The translations under genes and the position numbers were made by a program. A stretch of DNA of 60,420 nucleotides from contig JBFGJH010000015.1 of the NCBI GenBank assembly GCA_041577335.1, forward strand, positions 1 through 60,420, given 5' to 3'. How positions within the stretch are numbered: the stretch's first letter is position 1; every line of letters starts with the position of its first letter. Under the pieces are notes generated by a model, which ran no database searches, was not told the origin of the DNA, and saw only the letters and a list, made by a program, of their open reading frames with translations. Below are positions 51,892 through 60,420 of this stretch, piece by piece. The stretch is from Acidimicrobiia bacterium. Its GTDB lineage: Bacteria; Actinomycetota; Acidimicrobiia; Spongiisociales; JAENVV01.

Positions 51892-52083
51892 CGACCGCCG
51901 TGCGACGCAGCCACAGCAAGAAAGCGTGAACGCGCGAAAGAATTGCTGGCTAACGGATGGGCGATCGGCTACGGTTTGCCCATCGTGGGAATAAGAAGAG
52001 CCTTCGGCGCACAGCCGTAGGCTCTTCTTCCGTTCAGGGCAGCTGGCCACGAGCACGTTCGCCACAGAAGCCAGGATGAGCGC

Positions 52084-52995
52084 ATGACGAGCACCCATTC
52101 CGCATTGCCTGATCCCAGAAACGCCGACGTGCGCATCTACGTCAATGGCGATTACTTCTCACGGGACCAGGCCCGGGTGTCGGTGTTCGATTCAGCCTTC
52201 AATGTTGGCGACGGGATCTGGGAGGGGATGCGGCTCCATCGGGGACGGATCGCGTTCCTCGACCGTCACCTCGACCGGTTCTTCGATGCCGTCGCCGTCA
52301 CCGGCATCGATCCCGGGCTCGACCGCCAGGGCCTCACGGCACTCCTGCATGACGTCATCCGCACCAATGCCATGGCCGATGGTGCCCACGTACGGCTGAT
52401 GGTGTCGCGGGGAACGAAGTCGACGCCGTCACAGCATCCGTCCAATCTCGTCTCCGGTCCCACGATCGTCGTCATTCCCGAATACAAGACCGCCGACCCG
52501 GCCGCGGCCGCCGCCGGCGTGGCGCTTCACACATCGTCGGTGCGGCGACCGCCTCCCAACACGCTCGATCAGCGCCTCAACACCCACTCCAAACTTCATG
52601 AGGTGCTGGCGTTGCGCGAGGCCGTTGCGGCGGGTGCCGACGAAGCCCTGATGTTGGATATCAATGGCAACGTCGCAACGTGCAATGCCACCCACTTCTT
52701 CGTGGTCGACGACGGAGCCGTCTGGACGTCCACCGGCGAGCATTGCCTCCACGGGATCACGCGAGCCGTGGTCATTGATCTGTGCAGGAGCAATGACATA
52801 CCGGTCCATCTGGCCGACTTCACACCGGCGGCCGCTCGATCTGCCGATGAGGCCTTCGTAACCGGTACGTTCGGCGGCCTGACACCGGTACGGAGCATCG
52901 ATGGAGCGGGTTTCGAACCGATTCCCGGCCCGATGACCGTACGACTTCAGCAGCTCTACCGGGCCGCCGTCGAAGCCGAGGTGGCCGATGACTGA
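52084..52995 (+). CDS. Aminotransferase class IV (fold type IV, BCAT-like subfamily)
   Basis: SVFDSAFNVGDGIWEGMR, HLDR, DEALMLD, LHGITR, ADEAFVTGT. Confidence 0.9.
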   Translation: MTSTHSALPDPRNADVRIYVNGDYFSRDQARVSVFDSAFNVGDGIWEGMRLHRGRIAFLDRHLDRFFDAVAVTGIDPGLDRQGLTALLHDVIRTNAMADGAHVRLMVSRGTKSTPSQHPSNLVSGPTIVVIPEYKTADPAAAAAGVALHTSSVRRPPPNTLDQRLNTHSKLHEVLALREAVAAGADEALMLDINGNVATCNATHFFVVDDGAVWTSTGEHCLHGITRAVVIDLCRSNDIPVHLADFTPAAARSADEAFVTGTFGGLTPVRSIDGAGFEPIPGPMTVRLQQLYRAAVEAEVADD

Positions 52996-53719
52996 GCGCA
53001 AGAGGATTTCGATGTGGTCAGGCCCGCGCAATATCTCGACCACGATGATGTACTCCTTCGCCCAGCGAGCAGACACGGAGGTAGTCGACGAACCGTTGTA
53101 CGCGCACTACATCACCAAGGTTCCTGGCCTCGATCACCCGGGCACCGACGAAGTGCTCGCCAGCCAAACCAGTGATCTTTCGTCGGTGATCCAGGAACTC
53201 GGCCGGCCTGGACACCGACCCGTGCGCTTCTACAAGAACATGGGACACCATCTCTTTGGCGTCGATGATTGGAGCTTCCTGTCCGGATTCGAGAACTTCC
53301 TGCTCACCCGCCATCCGGCCGATGTCATCCGTTCCATCACGAAGAATATGGAGCGACCACAGTTGCGCGACCTGGGATACAGCTTCTTGGTCGACATCGT
53401 TGGGTTTCTCGAGGGCCAAGACATCGAGCCGATCGTCGTTGTGTCCTCAGATATCCTCGCCGACCCCGAGAATGTGCTGGCGATCCTCTGCGCGCGTCTG
53501 GGCCTTGCATGGGATCCGGGCATGTTGAGCTGGCCGGCGGGTCCCCGACCCGAAGATGGCGTGTGGGCGAAGTATTGGTATCGCAGTGTGCATGAGTCGA
53601 CCGGATTCAGGCCATACGCACCCAATGACCAGCCACTACCGGTGAAGTACCAGCCGCTCTTGGAAGAGGCGATGCCGTACTACGAGCGCCTTTCCGAGTA
53701 TGCGATCAATCGCGGTTGA
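52988..53719 (+). CDS. Sulfotransferase-like P-loop protein
   Basis: MWSGPRNISTTMMYSFAQR, DEPLY, MLSWPAGP..DGVWAKYWY..V..STGF; overlaps the aminotransferase. Confidence 0.85.
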   Translation: MTERKRISMWSGPRNISTTMMYSFAQRADTEVVDEPLYAHYITKVPGLDHPGTDEVLASQTSDLSSVIQELGRPGHRPVRFYKNMGHHLFGVDDWSFLSGFENFLLTRHPADVIRSITKNMERPQLRDLGYSFLVDIVGFLEGQDIEPIVVVSSDILADPENVLAILCARLGLAWDPGMLSWPAGPRPEDGVWAKYWYRSVHESTGFRPYAPNDQPLPVKYQPLLEEAMPYYERLSEYAINRG

Positions 53720-53736
53720 CAGCCGTCCGCGAAGCG

Positions 53737-54270
53737 TTAATCAGCCGGCCGGGCCGAATCGGGATCTCTCTCGACGGAGATCAGCGTCGCCGGGTTGCCT
53801 TGGTCGGCGATGAGGCGGATGAGATCCGATGTTGCCATCACCACGGTGAGGTCGTTGACGAGCGGATGGACTGCGATCAGGGCCGCGCTCGAAAGGTCTT
53901 GATCCAGGAAGAACCGCGTGACGTTGTTGCGGTCGTTGAGCAGGGCGAGGGGAGAGACAGCCCCCGGCCGGATGGCCAGCACCTCCCAGAGCCTCTCTTC
54001 GGATGCAAACCCGAGGCCTCCGCTGGCTCCGAGCGTGTGTCGCAGGGCCTTGAGGTCGACCGGCGCGTCCTCTCGAGCAGTCACCAGGAAGTAGTTGCGC
54101 TTCTTGTCTCGTAGGAACAAGTTCTTCACGTGGGCGGCGTCAATATCGCCGCGAAGTTGTTTCGCGTCCGCCACCGTCATCAGTGGCGGGTGGCTGAGAA
54201 CCTCGTGATCGATCCCGCGTTCGGCGAGCAGCCTCAAAACCGAGGCGGAAGTGTGTGCGTGGGGGGCCAT
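53737..54270 (-). CDS. YbaK/ProX (PrdX-like) aminoacyl-tRNA deacylase domain protein
   Basis: HPPLMTV, KNLFLRDKK, PGAVSPLAL, HPLVN. Confidence 0.88.
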   Translation of the reverse strand: MAPHAHTSASVLRLLAERGIDHEVLSHPPLMTVADAKQLRGDIDAAHVKNLFLRDKKRNYFLVTAREDAPVDLKALRHTLGASGGLGFASEERLWEVLAIRPGAVSPLALLNDRNNVTRFFLDQDLSSAALIAVHPLVNDLTVVMATSDLIRLIADQGNPATLISVERDPDSARPAD

Positions 54271-54291
54271 CGACCGCCAGCGTAGACCGTG

Positions 54292-54528
54292 TCAGCTGGT
54301 CTCGACCGAGGCTGCATCGGCGAAGTGTCGAGCGGCTTCCGCCGCTTCGATCGCCGAGAGGCGTCGGACGACGAAACCAGAGTGAACGATGACCCAGTCG
54401 CCCACCGAGGCATCTGGCAGCGTTGCCGTACTCACCTGTTTCAGCGACGCTCCAAACTCGACATCGGCCACGCGAGCGATGTCCGTGCCGGCGATGGCGA
54501 CGATGCGGCCGGGCAGTCCTACGCACAT
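54292..54528 (-). CDS. hypC: HypC/HupF hydrogenase maturation chaperone
   Basis: MCVGLPGRIV, VGDWVIVHSGF. Confidence 0.92.
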   Translation of the reverse strand: MCVGLPGRIVAIAGTDIARVADVEFGASLKQVSTATLPDASVGDWVIVHSGFVVRRLSAIEAAEAARHFADAASVETS

Positions 54529-54529
54529 G

Positions 54530-54781
54530 TCAGGATTCCACGTCGATCGACTCCAACACGACGTCGCTGTCGGACTCACCGGGCTGGGTCCCGACCACCG
54601 AGATGGCGGCACTTTCTGCGTTCGAGCCCGCCGTGAGCAGACGCAAATGTGACCGGAGGGTTGCTTCGTCGATGTGGGACTGTGTCCCCAGGCGCAGCTT
54701 GATCGCCGTGATGCGACCTTCCTCCCGGCCGACCTGGCGGATCTTGTTGGCAACCGACTCGGCGGTCTTCCACTCATGCAT
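54530..54781 (-). CDS. hypA: HypA-like nickel chaperone lacking zinc finger
   Basis: MHE start, IKLRLG, terminal LESIDVE; no cysteines. Confidence 0.75.
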   Translation of the reverse strand: MHEWKTAESVANKIRQVGREEGRITAIKLRLGTQSHIDEATLRSHLRLLTAGSNAESAAISVVGTQPGESDSDVVLESIDVES

Positions 54782-55205
54782 GGAATGCCCCCTCGATGAG
54801 ACGATCGATGGCTTGGGCCACCTCCGGCGTCAATTCCAGGCCGAAGCCACAGTCGCCGGCCTCGATGCCGACGATTTCGACCTTCGCTGGCAGACGACCG
54901 GTGATCCGTGCCAACTCGAGCGTGTCCTGGAGGCCCAGGGCATGTGTCGAAAAGCGCATCGTCGTGGGAAGAGGATCGGATGTTGCGTCGATCAGATGGA
55001 TGGTGCCGGCAGGTGCGCCGCTGGTCACCGCATCGAAGATGACCACGTCATCACAACCATCCATCAGGTCCAGGAGGTCTGTCATGTCGCCCTTGTGGAC
55101 GATCACATCGGTTCGCCCACACTCGGTCTGGAGGCGGCGAGCGATCTCGAGGCCGGCGGCATCGTCCCCGCGAAACACGTTTCCCAGTCCGATCGCGCGT
55201 CGCAT
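54774..55205 (-). CDS. Hydrogenase maturation protease
   Basis: IGLGNVFRGDDAAG, IFDAV, STHALG, GIE. Confidence 0.9.
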   Translation of the reverse strand: MRRAIGLGNVFRGDDAAGLEIARRLQTECGRTDVIVHKGDMTDLLDLMDGCDDVVIFDAVTSGAPAGTIHLIDATSDPLPTTMRFSTHALGLQDTLELARITGRLPAKVEIVGIEAGDCGFGLELTPEVAQAIDRLIEGAFHA

Positions 55206-56497
55206 CACGAGCGCTCGATCGTCAGGTCGAGGAAATGGGTTGCACACGAGATACACGGGTCATAGGCCCGAATGGTCTGCTCGAGCTGCCACTGCAGGTC
55301 CTCGTCGGGCAGATGGGTGCGTCCTGGCACGTAGGCCCACAGGTCCCTTTCGATCGACAGCTGGTTCTGGGCGGTGGGAGGAACGATTTGGGCGTCGACG
55401 ATCAGGCCTGCGGCGTCAACCTCATACCGATGGTAGAGAAGCCCGCGGGGTGCTTCGGACACGCCGTGACCGATCCCGGCCACCGCAGGCAGCTCTACCG
55501 ATGCCGCTGCGGGACGGTCATACGTCCCGATGAGCCCCAAGGCCAACCAGTAGGCGTAGGCGATTTCGATCGCCCGTACGACGATGGACTGGAATGGATT
55601 GCGGCACCCGCCTGCCAGCCCGGTTTCCATGCCCAGCTTCTGCAATTCGTCCGGCAACTTTTCGAAATTGAGGGTGTAGCGGGCCATGGGGCCCACGTGA
55701 TACGCACCGCGCTCCTTGATGACTGCATGGAGCGCGTTGGAGTGCTCCACGTGGCGTTCCTCGAACACGTCGTTCCACTCGGCGACGCCGATGTCGATGC
55801 CACCTTCGGAAACGATCCGTTCTCCGAGCATCGGGTATTCGGAGGGGTGTGACGTGGAGACGAACTCGTAGGGTCGGTCGAACTCGGGGTATTCCAGGCT
55901 TGCCGCCCAACGAGCCGTGTCCATTGCCGTCTCCAGGCCCCATTCGAGGTCCGGCACGAGAGCCTGCAGCTCGCCTTTGGTTGGGGCGCGGTAGAACCCG
56001 CCGACCTTCACGTTGATGGGGTGGATCTCACGTCCGCCGAGGACCGTGACGATGTCGTTGCCGATCTTCTTGAGTCGCAGGCCGCGAGTCACGATGTCAC
56101 GGTGGTCGGCTGCCATGTGTATCGCGGATTCATAGCCCAGGTAATCGGGCGCGTGGAGGAGGAAGACATGAAGGGCGTGCGATTCGATCCACTCGCCGCA
56201 GTAGAGCAGCCGGCGCATATCTCTCAGCTGCGGGCCAACCGTAACGCTCAAGGCGTCCTCCATGGCGTGCACGGCTGACATCTGATAGGCGACCGGACAG
56301 ATGCCGCAAATACGAGCCGTGATGTCGGGCGCCTCGGTGAGGCGCCGGCCCCTCATGAATGCCTCGAAGAACCGGGGCGGCTCAAAGATGCTGAACTGGA
56401 GGTCGGTGACCTCGTCATCCTCGATCTTGAGATACATGGCTCCTTCGCCCTCGACCCGGGCGAGGTAATCGACGGCAATCGTCTTTGACTCAGTCAC
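55205..56497 (-). CDS. hyhL: Group 3b [NiFe]-hydrogenase large (alpha) subunit
   Basis: [18 protein letters not shown] (L1), [14 protein letters not shown] (L2) with a 9-aa cleavable tail. Confidence 0.95.
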   Translation of the reverse strand: MTESKTIAVDYLARVEGEGAMYLKIEDDEVTDLQFSIFEPPRFFEAFMRGRRLTEAPDITARICGICPVAYQMSAVHAMEDALSVTVGPQLRDMRRLLYCGEWIESHALHVFLLHAPDYLGYESAIHMAADHRDIVTRGLRLKKIGNDIVTVLGGREIHPINVKVGGFYRAPTKGELQALVPDLEWGLETAMDTARWAASLEYPEFDRPYEFVSTSHPSEYPMLGERIVSEGGIDIGVAEWNDVFEERHVEHSNALHAVIKERGAYHVGPMARYTLNFEKLPDELQKLGMETGLAGGCRNPFQSIVVRAIEIAYAYWLALGLIGTYDRPAAASVELPAVAGIGHGVSEAPRGLLYHRYEVDAAGLIVDAQIVPPTAQNQLSIERDLWAYVPGRTHLPDEDLQWQLEQTIRAYDPCISCATHFLDLTIERS

Positions 56498-57273
56498 TGC
56501 GACGCCTCCACTTCTTCGCTGGCCTGGCGGTAGGCGGGAGCATTGGTATTGAACGTGCGGAGTGTCCGCACCCAGTCAGGTCTGCTCACTCCGAGATCAG
56601 CCCACCAGTCTTCGAGTGACCGTGTATTGGGCGACTCCATCGGTCCAAAACACCCATAACAACCGCGTTCGTATGCAGGGCAAATCGCCCCACAGCCCGC
56701 TTGGGTGATCGGCCCCAGGCACGGGGTTCCTCCTGCCACCATCACACAACGGCTTCCTCGCAGCTTGCACTCGATACAAACCGAATAGGTGGGGACGTTG
56801 GGACGGCGGCCCGCCAGCAGCGCAGCGATCAGCTCCACGAGCTGCATCTTGTTGATGGGGCATCCCCGCAACTCGAAGTCGACCTTCACGTGATCGGCGA
56901 TCGCGGTGGAATCCGCGAGCGTCTCGATGTACTCCGGGTGGGCGTAAACGATCTCGATGAACTCATCGACGTCCGCGAAATTCTTCAATGCCTGGATGCC
57001 ACCCGCGGTTGCGCAAGCACCAATGGTGACGAGCATGTCGCTCTCGGCGCGGATATCGTGGATTCTCTCCCGATCGTGCGCGGTGGTGATCGAGCCTTCG
57101 ACCAACGAGACGTCGTACGGGCCCGGTTTGTAGTCCCGTGAGGCTTCGGGAAACAAGGCGATCTCGATGGCGCCGGCCACGTCGAGCAAATGCTCCTCGG
57201 CATCGAGCAGGCTCAGCTGACACCCGTCACAAGAGGCAAACTTCCAAACCGCCAGTCGGGGTCGCGAACTCAT
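56494..57273 (-). CDS. hyhS: Group 3b hydrogenase small (delta) subunit
   Basis: [36 protein letters not shown]...CYGCFG. Confidence 0.93.
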   Translation of the reverse strand: MSSRPRLAVWKFASCDGCQLSLLDAEEHLLDVAGAIEIALFPEASRDYKPGPYDVSLVEGSITTAHDRERIHDIRAESDMLVTIGACATAGGIQALKNFADVDEFIEIVYAHPEYIETLADSTAIADHVKVDFELRGCPINKMQLVELIAALLAGRRPNVPTYSVCIECKLRGSRCVMVAGGTPCLGPITQAGCGAICPAYERGCYGCFGPMESPNTRSLEDWWADLGVSRPDWVRTLRTFNTNAPAYRQASEEVEASQ

Positions 57274-58121
57274 AACTCCTCGATCTCCATGAGTGGCTCA
57301 ACAACCGGCAGCGGAAACACCGGCCCGTCCTTGCAGAGGAACTGCGGTCCGAGTTGGCAGTGTCCACATAGCCCGATTGCGCATTTCATGTTGCGTTCCA
57401 TGGTCAGGTAGATGCGCTCGCGGTCGACGCCCAGATCGGCGAGGCCGCGGGCAACGAACTTCATCATGATCTCGGGGCCGCAGATCATCGCGGTCGCGTT
57501 GCTGGGATCGAAGTCCATCCGCGGGAGAAGGTCGGTGACGAGGCCGACGTCGCCGCGCCAACTCGTGGGGGCGCGGTCGACGGTGATCTCCACGTCGAGA
57601 TCGAATCGAGACCGCCACTCGTGCAGTTCGACCTCGTACAGCAAAAAGCCTGGATCGCGAGAGCCGTAGGCGACCGAGACATTCTCGAACGCGTGCCGGT
57701 CGTCGAGGATTTCGTAGATGACCGACCGGAGGGGAGCGAGGCCGATACCGCCGGCCACCACGACGACGTCTCCGCCACGAGCCTGCTCCAATGGCCACGG
57801 AACGCCGAATGGGCCGCGAATTCCCACCGTGTCGCCCGCGGTGAGTCGAGCCGCTGCCTTGGTGACGTAACCGCCGGCGCGAATCGTCAACTGAATGGCG
57901 TCATCACGTCGACTCGACGACGAGACCGAGATGGGCACTTCGCCTGCGCCAAGGATGTAGATCATGGCTACCTGCCCGGGCTCAAAGGCCATGGTGGCGC
58001 CCGATTCAGGTGTCAACGTGAGCGTGTACGTGTCGGACAGCTCCCAATGAATGCGCGCCACCCGGTATGGCACCGGCACCATGGGTCCCAATACCGTCGG
58101 CGTAGTGACGGTGGAGGTCAC
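57270..58121 (-). CDS. hyhG: Group 3b hydrogenase gamma subunit (FAD/NAD(P)-binding, 2Fe-2S)
   Basis: [44 protein letters not shown]...CKDGPV; GTG58121 overlaps the upstream stop. Confidence 0.92.
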   Translation of the reverse strand: MTSTVTTPTVLGPMVPVPYRVARIHWELSDTYTLTLTPESGATMAFEPGQVAMIYILGAGEVPISVSSSSRRDDAIQLTIRAGGYVTKAAARLTAGDTVGIRGPFGVPWPLEQARGGDVVVVAGGIGLAPLRSVIYEILDDRHAFENVSVAYGSRDPGFLLYEVELHEWRSRFDLDVEITVDRAPTSWRGDVGLVTDLLPRMDFDPSNATAMICGPEIMMKFVARGLADLGVDRERIYLTMERNMKCAIGLCGHCQLGPQFLCKDGPVFPLPVVEPLMEIEEL

Positions 58122-58591
58122 GTCGGCCTTTGATCTGCATAGATGTCGAGCAGCTGCATGCGGGTTGCTTCCAGACGTCGGGCTACCACATCGAACATGC
58201 GAGTCATGAGCAGGTCGTGGAGTTGCCGGTCGACAATGGCGGCCTGGCGTAAGGCCGCCGCGTCGAACTCGATCAGCTCGATGTCGGATGTGGCCGTAGC
58301 CGAGAAACGCCACAGATGCGGGGGCGCCAGCCAGGAGAACCCGAGGGCCTCGCCGGGGCCGAGTGTTTGAACAATCACGTCCTCCTGCAATGAGGGTAGG
58401 AACAAGGCCACCCGGCCCGTCCGCACCAAATAGAACCGGTCAGCGGGCCCCGAGGCTCGGAATATGGTCGTGCCCTCTGCGTAACTGATGAGCCGTGAGT
58501 GCGGGGCCAGCTTGGCGACGTCCGCAGCGTCAAAATCACGGAAGAATCGCTCAGTGGCCAGCTCTTCGATGGGGACGCTTGCGTTGCTCAT
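58118..58591 (-). CDS. Cyclic-nucleotide-binding (Crp-like, no HTH) protein
   Basis: IFRASGPADRFYLVRTGRV...GPGEALGFSWL..WRFSA; overlaps both neighbours. Confidence 0.85.
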   Translation of the reverse strand: MSNASVPIEELATERFFRDFDAADVAKLAPHSRLISYAEGTTIFRASGPADRFYLVRTGRVALFLPSLQEDVIVQTLGPGEALGFSWLAPPHLWRFSATATSDIELIEFDAAALRQAAIVDRQLHDLLMTRMFDVVARRLEATRMQLLDIYADQRPT

Positions 58592-59709
58592 GCGGAACTC
58601 CGAACGTCGGCTGCCTGGATGGCTTTGGTTTCCTCGGTCAGATCGATACCCACCGGACACCACGTGATGCAGCGGCCGCAGCCGACGCATCCCGAGGATC
58701 CAAACTGGTCTATCCACGTTGCGAGCTTGTGCGTCATCCACTGCCGGTAGCGGCTCGCTCCCCGTAACCGAACCGGGTGTCCGCCCATGTAGCTGTAGTC
58801 CAGCGAGAAGCAGCTCGCCCACACTCGGGACCGCTCCGCGGTGGCGCCGTCGAGACTCGACGTGTCCACGGGCGTCGAGCAGAAGCAGGTGGGGCAAGCG
58901 AGCGTGCAGTTGCCACACGTGAGGCACCGTTCGGCGACCTTGTCCCATCGGGGGTGGTCGAGGTTGGCGTACAGCAGTTCCTTGATCCCGTTCGTGTCGA
59001 GGTGTTTGGCCATCGAGGTGGCGCAGGCCCCAACGGCCGCCTCAGCGGCTTTCTCGATGTCGGTAGAAGGAGCAGTGGTGGGGAGTCGATCGAGGAGGTT
59101 TGCTCCGGCTTCGCTGCCCACCTCAACCAGGAATTGGTGAGTCGGCTCGAGGATTTCGGTGAGCGCCAGGTCGAAACCGTTCTCGGCGCGAGGGCCGGAG
59201 CCCATGGATGTGCAGAAGCACGAAGACACTGATCGGGTGCAGTTCACGGCGATCACCAGTGACGTGTCGCGACGGGCAGCGTAGGCCGGATCGACGTATG
59301 GCCCGGATAGGAATACCCGATCCTGGACCGCGACGGCAGCAACATCGCACGGGCGCAGCCCAATGAACGCGGAACGCTGCTGCGAGTGATCGGCGGGGAC
59401 AAAGCGGTCTGGGGACCCGGATTCCACGGTGAACACCGTTTCGGTCGGTGGGAAGAGATGCTGCTTTGCCGAGTCTGGACCATGCACGACGGAGAAGTAG
59501 GCGTCACTGTCGGTCGGCTCCAGCCGGTAGCTACCACCCTCTTGGTGATCGACCCACCCGCGGGGCAAGTCGTTGGCCGATGAGATGTCAACAAGTCGGA
59601 TGGCGCCGTCTTGGAGGGCGGGTCCGATCACCGTGTACCCATCGGAAACCAGGGTGTTGATGAGGGCGTCCAGCCCGGCCTTGTTGAGCACGGCGAGATC
59701 CGGCAACAT
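58588..59709 (-). CDS. hyhB: Group 3b hydrogenase beta subunit (4Fe-4S)
   Basis: RPCD, CFCTSMG, CLTCGNCTLACPTCFC, GCVGCGRCITWCPVGID; RBS AGGAG before ATG59709. Confidence 0.92.
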   Translation of the reverse strand: MLPDLAVLNKAGLDALINTLVSDGYTVIGPALQDGAIRLVDISSANDLPRGWVDHQEGGSYRLEPTDSDAYFSVVHGPDSAKQHLFPPTETVFTVESGSPDRFVPADHSQQRSAFIGLRPCDVAAVAVQDRVFLSGPYVDPAYAARRDTSLVIAVNCTRSVSSCFCTSMGSGPRAENGFDLALTEILEPTHQFLVEVGSEAGANLLDRLPTTAPSTDIEKAAEAAVGACATSMAKHLDTNGIKELLYANLDHPRWDKVAERCLTCGNCTLACPTCFCSTPVDTSSLDGATAERSRVWASCFSLDYSYMGGHPVRLRGASRYRQWMTHKLATWIDQFGSSGCVGCGRCITWCPVGIDLTEETKAIQAADVRSSA

Positions 59710-59738
59710 CCAACTCCTGGCTACATGTCTTTCAACCG

Positions 59739-59833
59739 ACGCTATGGCGAGCCTGCGCCAGCGCATAGAGACCATGGTCCCTGGACAAGCCGCCAATCGG
59801 CCCGTGAACGGAGGGGCCGCCGCACGGCACAGT
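59739..59833. promoter_or_regulatory. Divergent promoter with two DosR-like boxes (hydrogenase operon / DMT transporter)
   Basis: Minus strand GGGACCATGGTCTC (59768-59781), 23 nt, TAGCGT (59739-59744). Second box CCGCCAATCGGCCC (59790-59803), 24 nt, CACAGT (59828-59833) on the plus strand. Confidence 0.65.
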
Positions 59834-59872
59834 GAGGTACACCCATTCGCATCAACAGCCGAGGAGAGAGCG

Positions 59873-60420
59873 ATGACGGACACTATGGAAAGGCCGCGGT
59901 CAACCGTTCCGAGCCGGTCGCCTCACGATCGCCGTGTCGGCATCGGTATCGCCGTGGCTACTGCTGTCGTCAGCGGAATCGCGGTGGCAATCAACGGCTA
60001 CGGCGTAAGAGCGTGGGCTGATCACGGGGGATCGGCAACGTACACGACCGCCAAGAACCTGGTGGCGGCATTCGTCTTGGTGGCTGCCTTGGCCATGGTT
60101 ACGGCGCGCGAGAGCAGAGAGGGGTTTACGAAGCCCCGCAGCCGTTCTCAATGGGCCGGGCTGGCTGCGATCGCCTTCGTCGGCGGGAGTGTGCCGTTCT
60201 TGTTGTTTTTCGAAGGCCTGTCGCGCGCCACGTCCACCAACGCTGCGTTCATTCACAAGAGCCTCATCGTTTTCGTTGCATTGTTGGCTGTGCCACTGCT
60301 AGGTGAGAAACTCCGCGTTTGGCACTATGTCGCGATCGCTGTTCTTCTGTGGGGCCAGGCAATGGACTTCGGCTCGGTGGCGGCGGCCGGGAGCCGGCTG
60401 GGGACGGGCACCATGATCGT
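59873..60420 (+). CDS. EamA/DMT family transporter (partial, runs off window)
   Basis: RBS GAGGAG; manual translation gives ...AVVSGIAVAINGYGV...YTTAKNLVAA...GGSVPFLLFFEGL...AAFIHKS...LGEKL; not in the ORF track because it has no stop in the window. Confidence 0.8.
   Translation, partial: MTDTMERPRSTVPSRSPHDRRVGIGIAVATAVVSGIAVAINGYGVRAWADHGGSATYTTAKNLVAAFVLVAALAMVTARESREGFTKPRSRSQWAGLAAIAFVGGSVPFLLFFEGLSRATSTNAAFIHKSLIVFVALLAVPLLGEKLRVWHYVAIAVLLWGQAMDFGSVAAAGSRLGTGTMI

Noticed and set aside
54292..58948. Extended ORF-track versions of hypC (to 54777), protease (to 55256), gamma subunit (to 58313) and cNMP protein (to 58948)
   Set aside because: The extensions overlap upstream genes in other frames; motif-bearing starts coincide with stop/start overlaps.

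Overview
High-GC bacterial chromosomal segment, most consistent with Actinomycetota (probably Acidimicrobiia-like). This is inferred from pervasive leaderless TANNNT-N6/7-ATG starts, a DUF222/HNH gene and a response regulator/kinase/GerMN lipoprotein trio. It holds about 59 tightly packed genes; I found no rRNA, tRNA, CRISPR array, integrase or transposase. Main blocks: (1) an exported thiol-redox pair, namely a SOQ1/NHLRC2-like Trx-NHL lipoprotein split by one in-frame TAG just before its CxxC plus a lipoprotein with three tandem DsbA domains; (2) an M28 aminopeptidase; (3) an MtrAB-LpqB-like three-component system; (4) a HAD/trehalose-phosphatase fusion plus GH65 phosphorylase; (5) an AlkZ-like glycosylase and a PKD sulfatase; (6) an acoXABC-like 2-oxoacid/acetoin dehydrogenase operon; (7) a PAS hybrid kinase with Hpt, and hmgA; (8) an HD-GYP protein, cytochrome c and a CBS protein; (9) a non-canonical class IV aminotransferase plus sulfotransferase-like pair; (10) a group 3b [NiFe]-hydrogenase operon with a cNMP-binding protein and a zinc-finger-less HypA. 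The clearest unannotated signal is a 14-bp DosR/DevR-like palindrome exactly 23 nt upstream of a -10 hexamer at six separate promoters, including the hydrogenase, which suggests a dispersed hypoxia regulon. All calls come from manual motif reading; no database searches were run.
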